From assembly GCA_049314435.1 (NCBI GenBank), contig JBMOFD010000051.1:1-13862 (forward strand): 13,862 bases of DNA. Reading direction: 5' to 3'. The translations under genes were made by a program, and so were the position numbers. Origin of the DNA: Chlamydiia bacterium. GTDB lineage: Bacteria > Chlamydiota > Chlamydiia > Chlamydiales > JBMOFD01. Below the pieces are notes generated by a model, which saw nothing but the letters and a program-made list of their open reading frames with translations, ran no database searches and had not been told where the DNA came from. Shown here in pieces: positions 6,569-13,862 of the stretch; the first letter of the stretch is position 1, and each line of letters begins with the position of its first letter.

Positions 6569-7873
6569 TCAAAGACGAGGTTCCTTGGCTGCCAGCTTTT
6601 TCTGGAGGCGCCGCACGAAGCCTGACTGCGGTGTGTATGTATCTGACCGGAGGTCCTGATGATGTTTGGCCAATATTTGGGATACTCCGTCGAGCAGAGC
6701 CTCCCTCTTTGCTGGATCGATCCCCCGCCCCCCAAACGAACTATCCAAATAGATCAAGAAGCTGTCTCCTGGATGATAGCCCGCCTGTTCCAAATCTGAG
6801 GGACTTGCATAGGCAAGAAGACCGTGCGTAAACAACATATCGACGAGGTTGCCCACGAGCCTTTCACCGGCATCGTGCGTATGAACGAAGCGGGTGATCT
6901 CGGCAGCCGTCAGCCTTGCTTCTGCTGATACAGAAGAGGCTACGGCTCGATGGAACAGATCATGCGTCATGAACTCCTCCCCGGTCAGGCAGGCGGCCCC
7001 GTCTGCTGTCGAAGGTAGGGCGAAACCAGGGAAAGGCCGCTGCTCGACGCGTAGATCCTCTTCGGCATCCCGCAGAACATCTTCTAGCGTGCTGTCTCCG
7101 ACGGCATATCGTGGCTTCTGTGCATGTTCGCCATAGATCTCGTGGAAAAGATGCTCATTCAAGGAGGCCGATCCCTTGATGTATTCTCTCGATAGGGAAT
7201 CGTGTGCTACATCCTCAGAGACTTCGTGGAACAGAAAGAAGCCGCTTGCGATCTCTCCGAGCATCCTCCACCATTCCATGTCCTGATCTTGTTTGACAAT
7301 GTTGAAAACGAATATGACCTGCTCAGAGGGAGACTCTTCCCTGATGGTTTCGGCAATACCCCGTTGGATCTGTACGCCATCAAAACCACTCCAGAAGCAT
7401 CGGCCAATTTGCGCCCGCACCTTAGGGTCTGTAATTTTTTTGACCACTACGTCTGAAATGACCCCCTTAGCTTCATCCGCTTTCAATGACAGATATTCCT
7501 GGATGGTTGCGAACTGTTGCACTGTGATTTTGCCGCCCAGAAGGAGAAGCATGTTGTAGTAAGGGGCTATTGGGTCTGCAAAAATAGGTCGAGCATAATC
7601 TCCAGCCTCAAGAGCCTGCTGCAGGTCTTGCACGCCATCTGCACTTGTCGGATCACCTTGAACCTCATTCAAGTCCGATGCCAAACGCTCTAAGTCGGCA
7701 TCTGAGCGATCGCGAAGTAGCAAGCGCGTGGAAGGGCTATCTTTGAGTTCCTGGACGCTAACCGAACCAGCGGGGGTACTGGGCCGGAGGTCAGTCTCAG
7801 GGATAGGAGAAGATCTGTCGACGGAACGGGGCATAGTATCGCCTATCATTTCATGAATAGTCTCGCTTACCAT
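6569..7873 (-). CDS. Hypothetical protein with HDxxH motif, candidate effector or metalloprotein
   Basis: 434-aa ORF, acidic, low-complexity Ser/Pro N-terminus then a globular-looking region containing ADG...FMTHDLFH...LVDM. True start may be ATG 7834 (MPRSVD..., preceded by AGGCG) or ATG 7849. Confidence 0.88.
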   Translation of the reverse strand: MVSETIHEMIGDTMPRSVDRSSPIPETDLRPSTPAGSVSVQELKDSPSTRLLLRDRSDADLERLASDLNEVQGDPTSADGVQDLQQALEAGDYARPIFADPIAPYYNMLLLLGGKITVQQFATIQEYLSLKADEAKGVISDVVVKKITDPKVRAQIGRCFWSGFDGVQIQRGIAETIREESPSEQVIFVFNIVKQDQDMEWWRMLGEIASGFFLFHEVSEDVAHDSLSREYIKGSASLNEHLFHEIYGEHAQKPRYAVGDSTLEDVLRDAEEDLRVEQRPFPGFALPSTADGAACLTGEEFMTHDLFHRAVASSVSAEARLTAAEITRFVHTHDAGERLVGNLVDMLFTHGLLAYASPSDLEQAGYHPGDSFLIYLDSSFGGRGIDPAKREALLDGVSQILAKHHQDLRSDTYTPQSGFVRRLQKKLAAKEPRL

Positions 7874-7887
7874 AAAAACCTTACAAA

Positions 7888-7903
7888 TGCAAAATCCTCG
7901 CCG
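7888..7903 (-). promoter_or_regulatory. Candidate sigma-54 (-24/-12) promoter
   Basis: Minus strand reads CGGCGAGGATTTTGCA, i.e. GG-N10-GC with a perfect TTGCA -12 box; the -24 box deviates from TGGCAC. It points into the 434-aa gene. Confidence 0.4.
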
Positions 7904-8031
7904 AAAGCGTTGGTTGATAAATGTGTTTCGTTGATTAGCGCGAATTAGGTATCCCTGGGGCTATTTTTTTAATATTGGGGAACCTGGTTGAAGAAGCTCA
8001 GATAGAAGTGCATTGCACACTGGGGTCTCCT

Positions 8032-8814
8032 ATGCCGGTCAGTCCAACCAACGTCAGTCCATCGACTAGCCGCTATTCCCCTTTACAAGAGGAGGAAAGA
8101 CGAGAGTTTGGCTTCGAGACGAAGACAATCGGGGCGGTCGCTGGCAGCCGCGATGATCGCACGACGTTGTTCGTTCTCAATGTGCTCCAACAGAATGCAA
8201 AAGAAAAGCACCTGCGATTTGGAAGCTCGAATACCGACCTGTTCGTCTTGCCCAATTTTAAGAGGATTCAGGGCGCGATTCAGAATCAAGATTGGGGAAC
8301 CGCGAAGGCCCTAGCTAGGAAGTGTCAGGTCGTCCGGGACCCCGGCTTCTTCCAACTACTATGGCTTCGCACGTTTGGGAGTATTGGCAAGCGCGTCCTG
8401 AGCTATGAACAGGCGTTGACACAGTCGAAGGGGATCTTGATGGGGGCCATGCATCTCACCTGGGCGACCAACCACAACAGCTTCAGCCAGAATTTAGCTA
8501 AGATTCGGGGCTCTCTCAATCCGATGAAAGGCAATCAGCTGAAGATGGATCTCGCTCAGGCTCAGATACCTTTTCTCAGGGCTCAGCTGGATGAGATCAT
8601 CCAGCTGTTAGATGGGAAGGTTAGTGCGATAACTATTAAGGATCTCCGGGATGCACGCAACATTCTAGACTCGATCATGGTCGGACACACGGTTCTTGAG
8701 TGGGGTCTTACACTTCTTCAAGGTTTGCTACACGCAGTCTCGCGCGATCCGCTGGTGGCCGAGGCGGATGCGCTCACCCAGCATGGATACGTCATACAGC
8801 AGCTGAAGGTATAG
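8032..8814 (+). CDS. Hypothetical protein (260 aa from ATG 8032), candidate secreted effector
   Basis: Frame is open from TTG 7975; ATG 8032 gives a Ser/Pro/Thr-rich leader (MPVSPTNVSPSTSRYSPLQ) followed by predicted amphipathic helices. Fills the gap between the divergent promoter region and ruvB. No family recognised. Confidence 0.85.
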   Translation: MPVSPTNVSPSTSRYSPLQEEERREFGFETKTIGAVAGSRDDRTTLFVLNVLQQNAKEKHLRFGSSNTDLFVLPNFKRIQGAIQNQDWGTAKALARKCQVVRDPGFFQLLWLRTFGSIGKRVLSYEQALTQSKGILMGAMHLTWATNHNSFSQNLAKIRGSLNPMKGNQLKMDLAQAQIPFLRAQLDEIIQLLDGKVSAITIKDLRDARNILDSIMVGHTVLEWGLTLLQGLLHAVSRDPLVAEADALTQHGYVIQQLKV

Positions 8815-8829
8815 AGCCGGCCGCTGTAT

Positions 8830-8855
8830 GGGAAGGCCTGCGTCGAGGCCTTTCC
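8830..8855 (+). terminator. Hairpin after the 8032..8814 gene, possible terminator
   Basis: GGGAAGGCCT-GCGTCG-AGGCCTTTCC, a 10-bp stem with one G-U, 15 nt after the TAG stop, followed by a pyrimidine run rather than a true U-tract. Confidence 0.45.
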
Positions 8856-8954
8856 TTCCTCCCACACAAACAGCAGATAGTTCTCCCTTGCCAATATGAT
8901 GACCCGGAATGGAGACGGCTGCTATTCTCCGGGTAGAGACCGACTCGAGACGCC

Positions 8955-9989
8955 ATGTCGCAACCACTGATTCAATCCACACTAGCCAAAGAAGATGTTC
9001 CCTTTGAGAACACCCTAAGGCCGCGAGAACTGGGTGGTTTCATTGGACAGGATGCGGTGCGTGAACGGCTACAGATCCTCCTGGATGCCGCTAGGATGAG
9101 GCAAGAGGCTCTCTGCCACTGTCTTTTTTGCGGGCCGCCAGGATTGGGGAAAACGACGTTGGCCCACATCATGGCACGAGGCATGGGCACTCAGCTCGTC
9201 GTCACCTCGGGGCCTGTGGTGGAGAAGGCGGGGGACCTAGCGGGTCTCCTGACTCAGCTGAAGCCAGGCGATGTGCTCTTCATCGATGAGATCCATCGGA
9301 TGAACCGCGTTGTCGAGGAATATCTCTATTCCGCCATGGAGGACTTTGTCCTCGATCTCATGATCGATTCCGGCCCTAGCGCTCGCAGTGTGCAGGTGAG
9401 GCTTCATCCCTTTACTCTCATCGGAGCCACGACTCGAGCTGGGCTCTTGAGCTCACCGCTGCGGTCGCGATTTGGATTCACTACAAGATTAGATTATTAT
9501 GCAGCGCATGATCTGGAGACGATTGTGACGCGAAGCTCTGGCCTCCTGGATGTGAACCTGGAAGGCGACGCCGCGATGCGGATTGCGCAGCGTGCTCGAG
9601 GGACGCCAAGGATCGCCAACAACCTGACTCGTTGGGTGAGAGACTTTGCGACAAGCCGTGGAGTGGAGCGGGTGCACGGGGATGTAGTTGAGAGAGCACT
9701 AGCGCTCTTGGCCATCGATGAGTATGGTTTGGAAGAGATGGATCGTAAGATCCTGCAGGTCCTCGTGGAGTACTATCAGGGTGGACCTGTGGGACTCAAG
9801 ACGTTGGCGGTTGCAGTAGGGGAGGAGGCAGAGGCTCTAGAAGAGGTCTATGAGCCTTTCCTCGTCCTTCAGGGATATATTAAGCGGACAGCCCGTGGCA
9901 GAATGGCAACGCCTAGAGCGTACGCCCTGTTCGGGCAGTCTGAGCCCTCCGGGGGATGCGACGAGGGAATTCGAGCGGAAGTATTGTGA
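8955..9989 (+). CDS. ruvB: Holliday junction branch migration helicase RuvB
   Basis: 344 aa; LRP..L..FIGQ, Walker A GPPGLGKTT, Walker B VLFIDEIHR, EEYLYSAMEDF, GATTRAG, LRSRFG, RGTPRIAN and EPFL..G...RTARGR are all RuvB signatures. Confidence 0.99.
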   Translation: MSQPLIQSTLAKEDVPFENTLRPRELGGFIGQDAVRERLQILLDAARMRQEALCHCLFCGPPGLGKTTLAHIMARGMGTQLVVTSGPVVEKAGDLAGLLTQLKPGDVLFIDEIHRMNRVVEEYLYSAMEDFVLDLMIDSGPSARSVQVRLHPFTLIGATTRAGLLSSPLRSRFGFTTRLDYYAAHDLETIVTRSSGLLDVNLEGDAAMRIAQRARGTPRIANNLTRWVRDFATSRGVERVHGDVVERALALLAIDEYGLEEMDRKILQVLVEYYQGGPVGLKTLAVAVGEEAEALEEVYEPFLVLQGYIKRTARGRMATPRAYALFGQSEPSGGCDEGIRAEVL

Positions 9990-9997
9990 AGGTGCGG

Positions 9998-11155
9998 ATG
10001 ATGAATAGGAAATGGAGAGCAAGGTGGCTGATCTGCGGACTGGCCATGGCGATCGTGGGTCCGGTACAGGCCAACGAAGAGCCGATGGGGGCGCTCAATC
10101 GGTTGAAAGAAGCCCATCTCGGGGCACAGCCTACAGTGAGAGTTCTGGTTGTCCGTGATGCTCCAACAGCATTGCTAGAGGTGCATGGGAAGTTTCGGGT
10201 CTACGATCCAGCTTCCGGAGAATATCTCTCAGGCGGGCGAGACAAGAAGTTCATGGTGCGCGGATTGGAAGATGGCATCCAGTGGGGAGAAGAGTTTCCA
10301 GGGCGCTACCAGTTTGAAGTCGTACCTCGTTCATTGAGCACGAGCATCTTCATCAACGGGATCCAATACCAAGGGGCGGTAGCCTGCTACTTCGTAGAGG
10401 GCAAACTCTTCGTGGTGAACGAAGTGAAGGTGGAGGAGTTTCTCCATGCTTTATTGCCCTCCTACCTAGAGGGTGGTCCTCGTGGAGAGGCACTGGCTGC
10501 GGCTGCGATTGTGGCTCGTACAGACCTCTTAGCGCAGACCAGCGCCCGTCCTGCAGCGATCTGGCATCTCGATGCCAAGAAGGTGGGATATCTTGGGTAT
10601 GCAACGGCCTATTCCGACCCAGAGCTTGAGAAGGTCTTAGAACAGACTGCTGGCCTTGTGCTGGTAGCTGGAGAGGCTGGCCATCCGTTCCGAGTCTGCT
10701 GGGGTGAACTGCCTTCAGCACCTCTGCCTGCGGCCAACCTGTTCGACCATGGTCGTACGGACCTCGTAGCCGGGACGCCTAAGAATCGTCCTCAGTGGAC
10801 CTGCACACTGCCTAAGGCTGAGCTAGCGAAACTAGCCGGCATCCAGGCGGTTCGTCAGGTGGCAAGCAGGGCAGATCCTACATCGGGTCGTATCTGTGCG
10901 TTGACCGTGAGTGATGGGAAGAGCAGCCATGAAATTAGCCTGAATTCTCTCCAAGAGAAGCTGGGCCAACGACGGCTGCGTTCTCCTCAATTCCAGGTCT
11001 CCCTGATTGGTGAAAACGTGCGTTTCCTCGGTCACTCCGAAGGTAACGGATTGGATCTGATCGCTGCGCAGGAGATGGCGGAGCGTGGTCGTGATGCGAC
11101 TTCGATCCTCAAGAGCTTCTTCCCAGAGGCTCAACTGCGCCCTTGGGGTGAGTGA
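9998..11155 (+). CDS. SpoIID/LytB domain-containing exported protein (lytic transglycosylase-like)
   Basis: Signal peptide (MMNRKWRARWLICGLAMAIVGPVQA), SpoIID core VVNEVKVEEFL...EALAAAAIVART and C-terminal GH...G......A.EMAERG.....IL..FFP. Start is ATG 9998/10001 or GTG 9986 overlapping the ruvB stop (GTGA). Confidence 0.85.
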   Translation: MMNRKWRARWLICGLAMAIVGPVQANEEPMGALNRLKEAHLGAQPTVRVLVVRDAPTALLEVHGKFRVYDPASGEYLSGGRDKKFMVRGLEDGIQWGEEFPGRYQFEVVPRSLSTSIFINGIQYQGAVACYFVEGKLFVVNEVKVEEFLHALLPSYLEGGPRGEALAAAAIVARTDLLAQTSARPAAIWHLDAKKVGYLGYATAYSDPELEKVLEQTAGLVLVAGEAGHPFRVCWGELPSAPLPAANLFDHGRTDLVAGTPKNRPQWTCTLPKAELAKLAGIQAVRQVASRADPTSGRICALTVSDGKSSHEISLNSLQEKLGQRRLRSPQFQVSLIGENVRFLGHSEGNGLDLIAAQEMAERGRDATSILKSFFPEAQLRPWGE

Positions 11156-11163
11156 GATAGGGG

Positions 11164-11547
11164 ATGTCGCCAGTGAGTGCGATCGATCAAACATTGAGAG
11201 TTGAAGGTAGAGCGGCGTCTTCTCCCAAAAGGAGAGGACGTCGCTCTAGCTCTTCGTCCCTCTTGCCTCGGTCTTGGTGGGGGACGATGCTCTATTGCTG
11301 CTTGGTACTGGCTGGGTTCGCCCATTTCAGTCATCTGCAAAGCGACTCCTGGCAGCAGCTAGTAGAACGTAAAGAGGAGCTGCTGGCTCAAAAGCAGCAG
11401 CTCCTTCTCTTCACCGCGGAGCTGCGAGAGCAGGTCCGCCATCAGAGCAGTGCGGCTTGGATCGAGCAGCGACTTATGGGTCGCCTAGGGCTTGTGCCCA
11501 AGGGAATGCGTAAGGTGGTCTTCCTTCCAGAACAGCGAACTCCTTAG
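11164..11547 (+). CDS. FtsB/DivIC-like (septum formation initiator family) bitopic membrane protein
   Basis: Basic N-terminus, one TM segment (WWGTMLYCCLVLAGFAHF), Leu-rich coiled coil, then AWIEQRLMGRLGLVPKG..KVVF resembling the DivIC/FtsB 'IE..AR..LGLV..G' motif. Tightly spaced in the operon. Confidence 0.7.
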   Translation: MSPVSAIDQTLRVEGRAASSPKRRGRRSSSSSLLPRSWWGTMLYCCLVLAGFAHFSHLQSDSWQQLVERKEELLAQKQQLLLFTAELREQVRHQSSAAWIEQRLMGRLGLVPKGMRKVVFLPEQRTP

Positions 11548-11552
11548 GCGTC

Positions 11553-12785
11553 TTGTATCAGATTATCAGTCTCTTCATCCTCGTGATCTTGTTAGCCTTC
11601 TCTGGGATGGCATCGGGGACTGAGACGGCGCTTTTTTCACTCAGCAAACCTCAGGTGAGGGCCTGTGCTCAGAGCACGGATCCTCGAAGACGGCAGATTG
11701 CGCAGCTGTTGCAGAGGCCTCGTGATCTGATGGTCACATTGCTGATGGTCAATATTGCTATGAACATCCTAGTGCAGGATGTGATCGCCAACCTCACGGA
11801 AAACACCCCATCGTGGTGGATCAGTGTAGGTGTTCCTCTAGCACTGACCGTGCTGTTTGGAGAGTTGCTGCCCAAGTCAGTGGCCCTCGCGAATCAGCTT
11901 AGAATTGGGCAGGCTGTGGCCCCTCTGGTCTCGGTTCTGGCCAAAGCACTGAGTATTGTTCGTAAGCCCCTAGTGCAGGCGGCTTCCTGGATTTCTCACC
12001 TCCTCTTCTCGTCGATGCGTCCCTCAGCTCCTCTTCGTGAGGAGGAGCTCGAATACGCACTCGGAGTGGGAAGTCGTGCTGGTGTACTCACTGCGGAGGA
12101 GCGCGAAGTCTGCGAGGGGGCGTTGGAGCTGAATACTCTTTCAGTACGCAACCTCATGACACCTGCTCCTGAATTACAGGTGTATGAGATCCATCAGCCC
12201 TTAGCGCAGCTGTTTGAGCTGATCGAAGTGCACGGCCGCAGCCGCATTCCAGTGGTAAAAGGTTCCTTGGACGGCATTTTGGGTATCCTAGAGGCCTCGG
12301 TGCTCTTTAGTCGCCGTCCTTCGATTCAGCAGGGAGAGGACCTTCTACCCTTTCTCACCCCGCCGCACTTCCTCCCGGAGGTCAGCCAAGCTCGAGACGC
12401 TTTGGAGATGATGCTGGACAAGAGGCTCTCGATGCTCTTTGTGGTGGACGAGTATGGAAGCATCAATGGATTGGTGACCCGGGACGACCTGGTCCAGTGC
12501 ATCTTTGGTGTGGAAGAAGAGGAGCAAGATGTCGATGTGCAGAAGGTGGGCTTCCACGCTTGCATCGCGACGGGTCGTGCGGAGGTGGCTGATATCGAAG
12601 AACTGTTCCAGATCAGGCTACCCAATGAGCATCATCGGCTCACCCTGGGTGGGTGGCTCACCGATCAGATGCAGATGATCCCTGCGGCAGGTGCCGAATG
12701 GCATGGTGCTGGGTTAGCGATACAAGTGCTGGCGGCTGAGCCCACCCATGTGGTGAAGCTCTATGTCCGTTTTGTGGGGAGCTGA
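11553..12785 (+). CDS. CNNM (DUF21)-CBS-CorC domain protein (TlyC/hemolysin-family, probable Mg2+/Co2+ transport related)
   Basis: TTG start; SG..SGTETALFSL, LFGELLPKS, CBS pair (VRNLMTP, RSRIPV, VVDEYGSINGLVTRDDLV) and C-terminal TLGGWL...IPAAG transporter-associated domain. Confidence 0.93.
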   Translation: MYQIISLFILVILLAFSGMASGTETALFSLSKPQVRACAQSTDPRRRQIAQLLQRPRDLMVTLLMVNIAMNILVQDVIANLTENTPSWWISVGVPLALTVLFGELLPKSVALANQLRIGQAVAPLVSVLAKALSIVRKPLVQAASWISHLLFSSMRPSAPLREEELEYALGVGSRAGVLTAEEREVCEGALELNTLSVRNLMTPAPELQVYEIHQPLAQLFELIEVHGRSRIPVVKGSLDGILGILEASVLFSRRPSIQQGEDLLPFLTPPHFLPEVSQARDALEMMLDKRLSMLFVVDEYGSINGLVTRDDLVQCIFGVEEEEQDVDVQKVGFHACIATGRAEVADIEELFQIRLPNEHHRLTLGGWLTDQMQMIPAAGAEWHGAGLAIQVLAAEPTHVVKLYVRFVGS

Positions 12786-12786
12786 C

Positions 12787-13862
12787 ATGGAAGGAAACGT
12801 CTGGTTCTGGTTACTGATCACGTTAGGCTGTGTGGCTTGTCAGGGTCTCTTTGCGATGGCGGAGATGGCCTGCATCAGCTTCCCTCGTGTGCGACTCTAC
12901 TACGAGGCCGCCCAGGGGTACGTGAGCGCCCAGCGTCTTCTCGATCTCCTCCGGGAGCCCGCACGTCTCTTTGGTACGACGCTCCTGCTGGTGAACCTCG
13001 GACTGCAGTGCGGTGCCGAGGCGGCCCGCCAGCTCTACATAGCGATCGGCTTGAATCCAGACTGGTCTCCTCTCACGCAGGTACCTTTGGTTGTATTGGC
13101 AGGGGAGCTTGCCCCTCTCTTTGCAGCACGACGAGCGCCAGAACCAGTCGCGCGCTTCATGACGCCCGTGCTCTATATGGCGGCCATTTTGTTGAGGCCG
13201 ATCACGGCTCTTCTAGGTTTCATTACGTCCACGGTGACCCGTTGGGTTGGAGCGCATCAACCTGATTCCGCTCTGTCTCTAAGCCGTGAAGAGCTGCAAC
13301 GGGCTTTCGAGGAGACCTCAGACGGAGAGGATATCGCTCTCAATCAGTTCATCGATCGTCTCTTTGCCCTGAGGAATCAGTCTGCAGCCGACCTCATGCA
13401 GCCCATGCAGCATTCTTTGATCGTGCCTGCCCATTTGCCGATCGATCAGGTGCGCCTCTTAATGAGAGAGGCTCCGGTGGAGGAGATCTTGCTCTATCAG
13501 AAGCAGCCTTACCAGATCACCGGCGTGGTCCTGACTCGGGAGCTCTTCCCCTACGCAGGAGCACAACGTGTGCAAGTGGCGGCGCGTGCCCCTTGGTTCG
13601 TGGCTGCGCAGACACCAGCCCTTCATGTTCTCAGGCAGTTTCGTCAGGGACGAGGGACGCTAGCCGTGGTGCTCAATGAAGAGGGGACTGCAATGGGGAT
13701 CATTGCTTTAGAGGATCTCTTGCCGGTTCTCTTCCCAACGCTTCCATCTGAAAGTCCCACTACGGTCGTGGAGCGCACCTTCCCCGGTGAATTCCAGGTG
13801 AGGCTGTTCAACCAGCTCTATCAAGCCAACTTGCCCCACCCAGAACATACTCTTGAGCAACT
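12787..13862 (+). CDS. Second CNNM (DUF21)-CBS domain protein, 3'-truncated by the window edge
   Basis: Absent from the ORF track because it has no stop in the window. My translation from ATG 12787: MEGNVWFWLLITLGCVACQGLFAMAEMACISFPRVRL...LFGTTLLLVNLGLQ...LAGELAPLFAARR...LSREELQ...AVVLNEEGTAMGIIALEDLL. Starts 1 nt after the preceding stop. Confidence 0.92.
   Translation, partial: MEGNVWFWLLITLGCVACQGLFAMAEMACISFPRVRLYYEAAQGYVSAQRLLDLLREPARLFGTTLLLVNLGLQCGAEAARQLYIAIGLNPDWSPLTQVPLVVLAGELAPLFAARRAPEPVARFMTPVLYMAAILLRPITALLGFITSTVTRWVGAHQPDSALSLSREELQRAFEETSDGEDIALNQFIDRLFALRNQSAADLMQPMQHSLIVPAHLPIDQVRLLMREAPVEEILLYQKQPYQITGVVLTRELFPYAGAQRVQVAARAPWFVAAQTPALHVLRQFRQGRGTLAVVLNEEGTAMGIIALEDLLPVLFPTLPSESPTTVVERTFPGEFQVRLFNQLYQANLPHPEHTLEQ

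Noticed and set aside
6205..6831. Track ORFs 6205..6441, 6350..6535, 6463..6735 and 6475..6831
   Set aside because: Short, mutually overlapping, no recognisable protein features; they run across RNA-like structure or the real 434-aa gene.
9956..9985. Track start of the SpoIID-like ORF at 9956
   Set aside because: Would overlap ruvB by 34 nt and bury the signal peptide; 9986, 9998 or 10001 fit better.
8955..9989. ruvB without adjacent ruvA/ruvC as a sign of a novel system
   Set aside because: Separation of ruvB from ruvA/ruvC is common, and the protein is a canonical full-length RuvB.
12837..13265. 142-aa + ORF in the track
   Set aside because: Off-frame shadow of the real CNNM gene that starts at 12787.
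11553..13862. Tandem 'hemolysin' genes as a toxin locus
   Set aside because: CNNM-CBS-CorC proteins are widespread housekeeping cation-homeostasis proteins, often in tandem; the hemolysin label is historical.
1..13862. CRISPR array, IS element, prophage, tRNA or rRNA
   Set aside because: No regularly spaced repeats, transposase/integrase motifs, cloverleaf or rRNA signatures were seen by eye.

Overview
Bacterial window, GC-rich by eye, whose gene content points to a Chlamydiota (chlamydia-related) genome; this is inferred from gene families and order, not from a search. The right half is a housekeeping run on +: ruvB, a SpoIID/LytB-domain exported protein, an FtsB/DivIC-like membrane protein, and two tandem CNNM/CBS (TlyC/CorC-type) genes, the second cut by the window edge. 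The left half holds a 1526-aa orphan (-), a small SRP RNA gene (ffs, +), a TyrP/Mtr-family aromatic amino acid permease (-), a structured ~350-nt intergenic region containing a 6S-RNA-like candidate, and a divergent pair of orphan genes. Most notable: (i) the three otherwise unrelated orphans share an N-terminal R-[YS]-S-P-[IL]-[QP] motif in Ser/Pro-rich leaders, suggesting a set of secreted effectors; (ii) the giant orphan ends in a J-domain-like module with HPD replaced by HRS; (iii) the 434-aa orphan has an HDxxH putative metal site and a candidate sigma-54 promoter; (iv) the 6S-like RNA candidate overlaps, in antisense, a Phe/Tyr-rich short ORF upstream of the permease. No mobile element, CRISPR array, tRNA or rRNA was seen.
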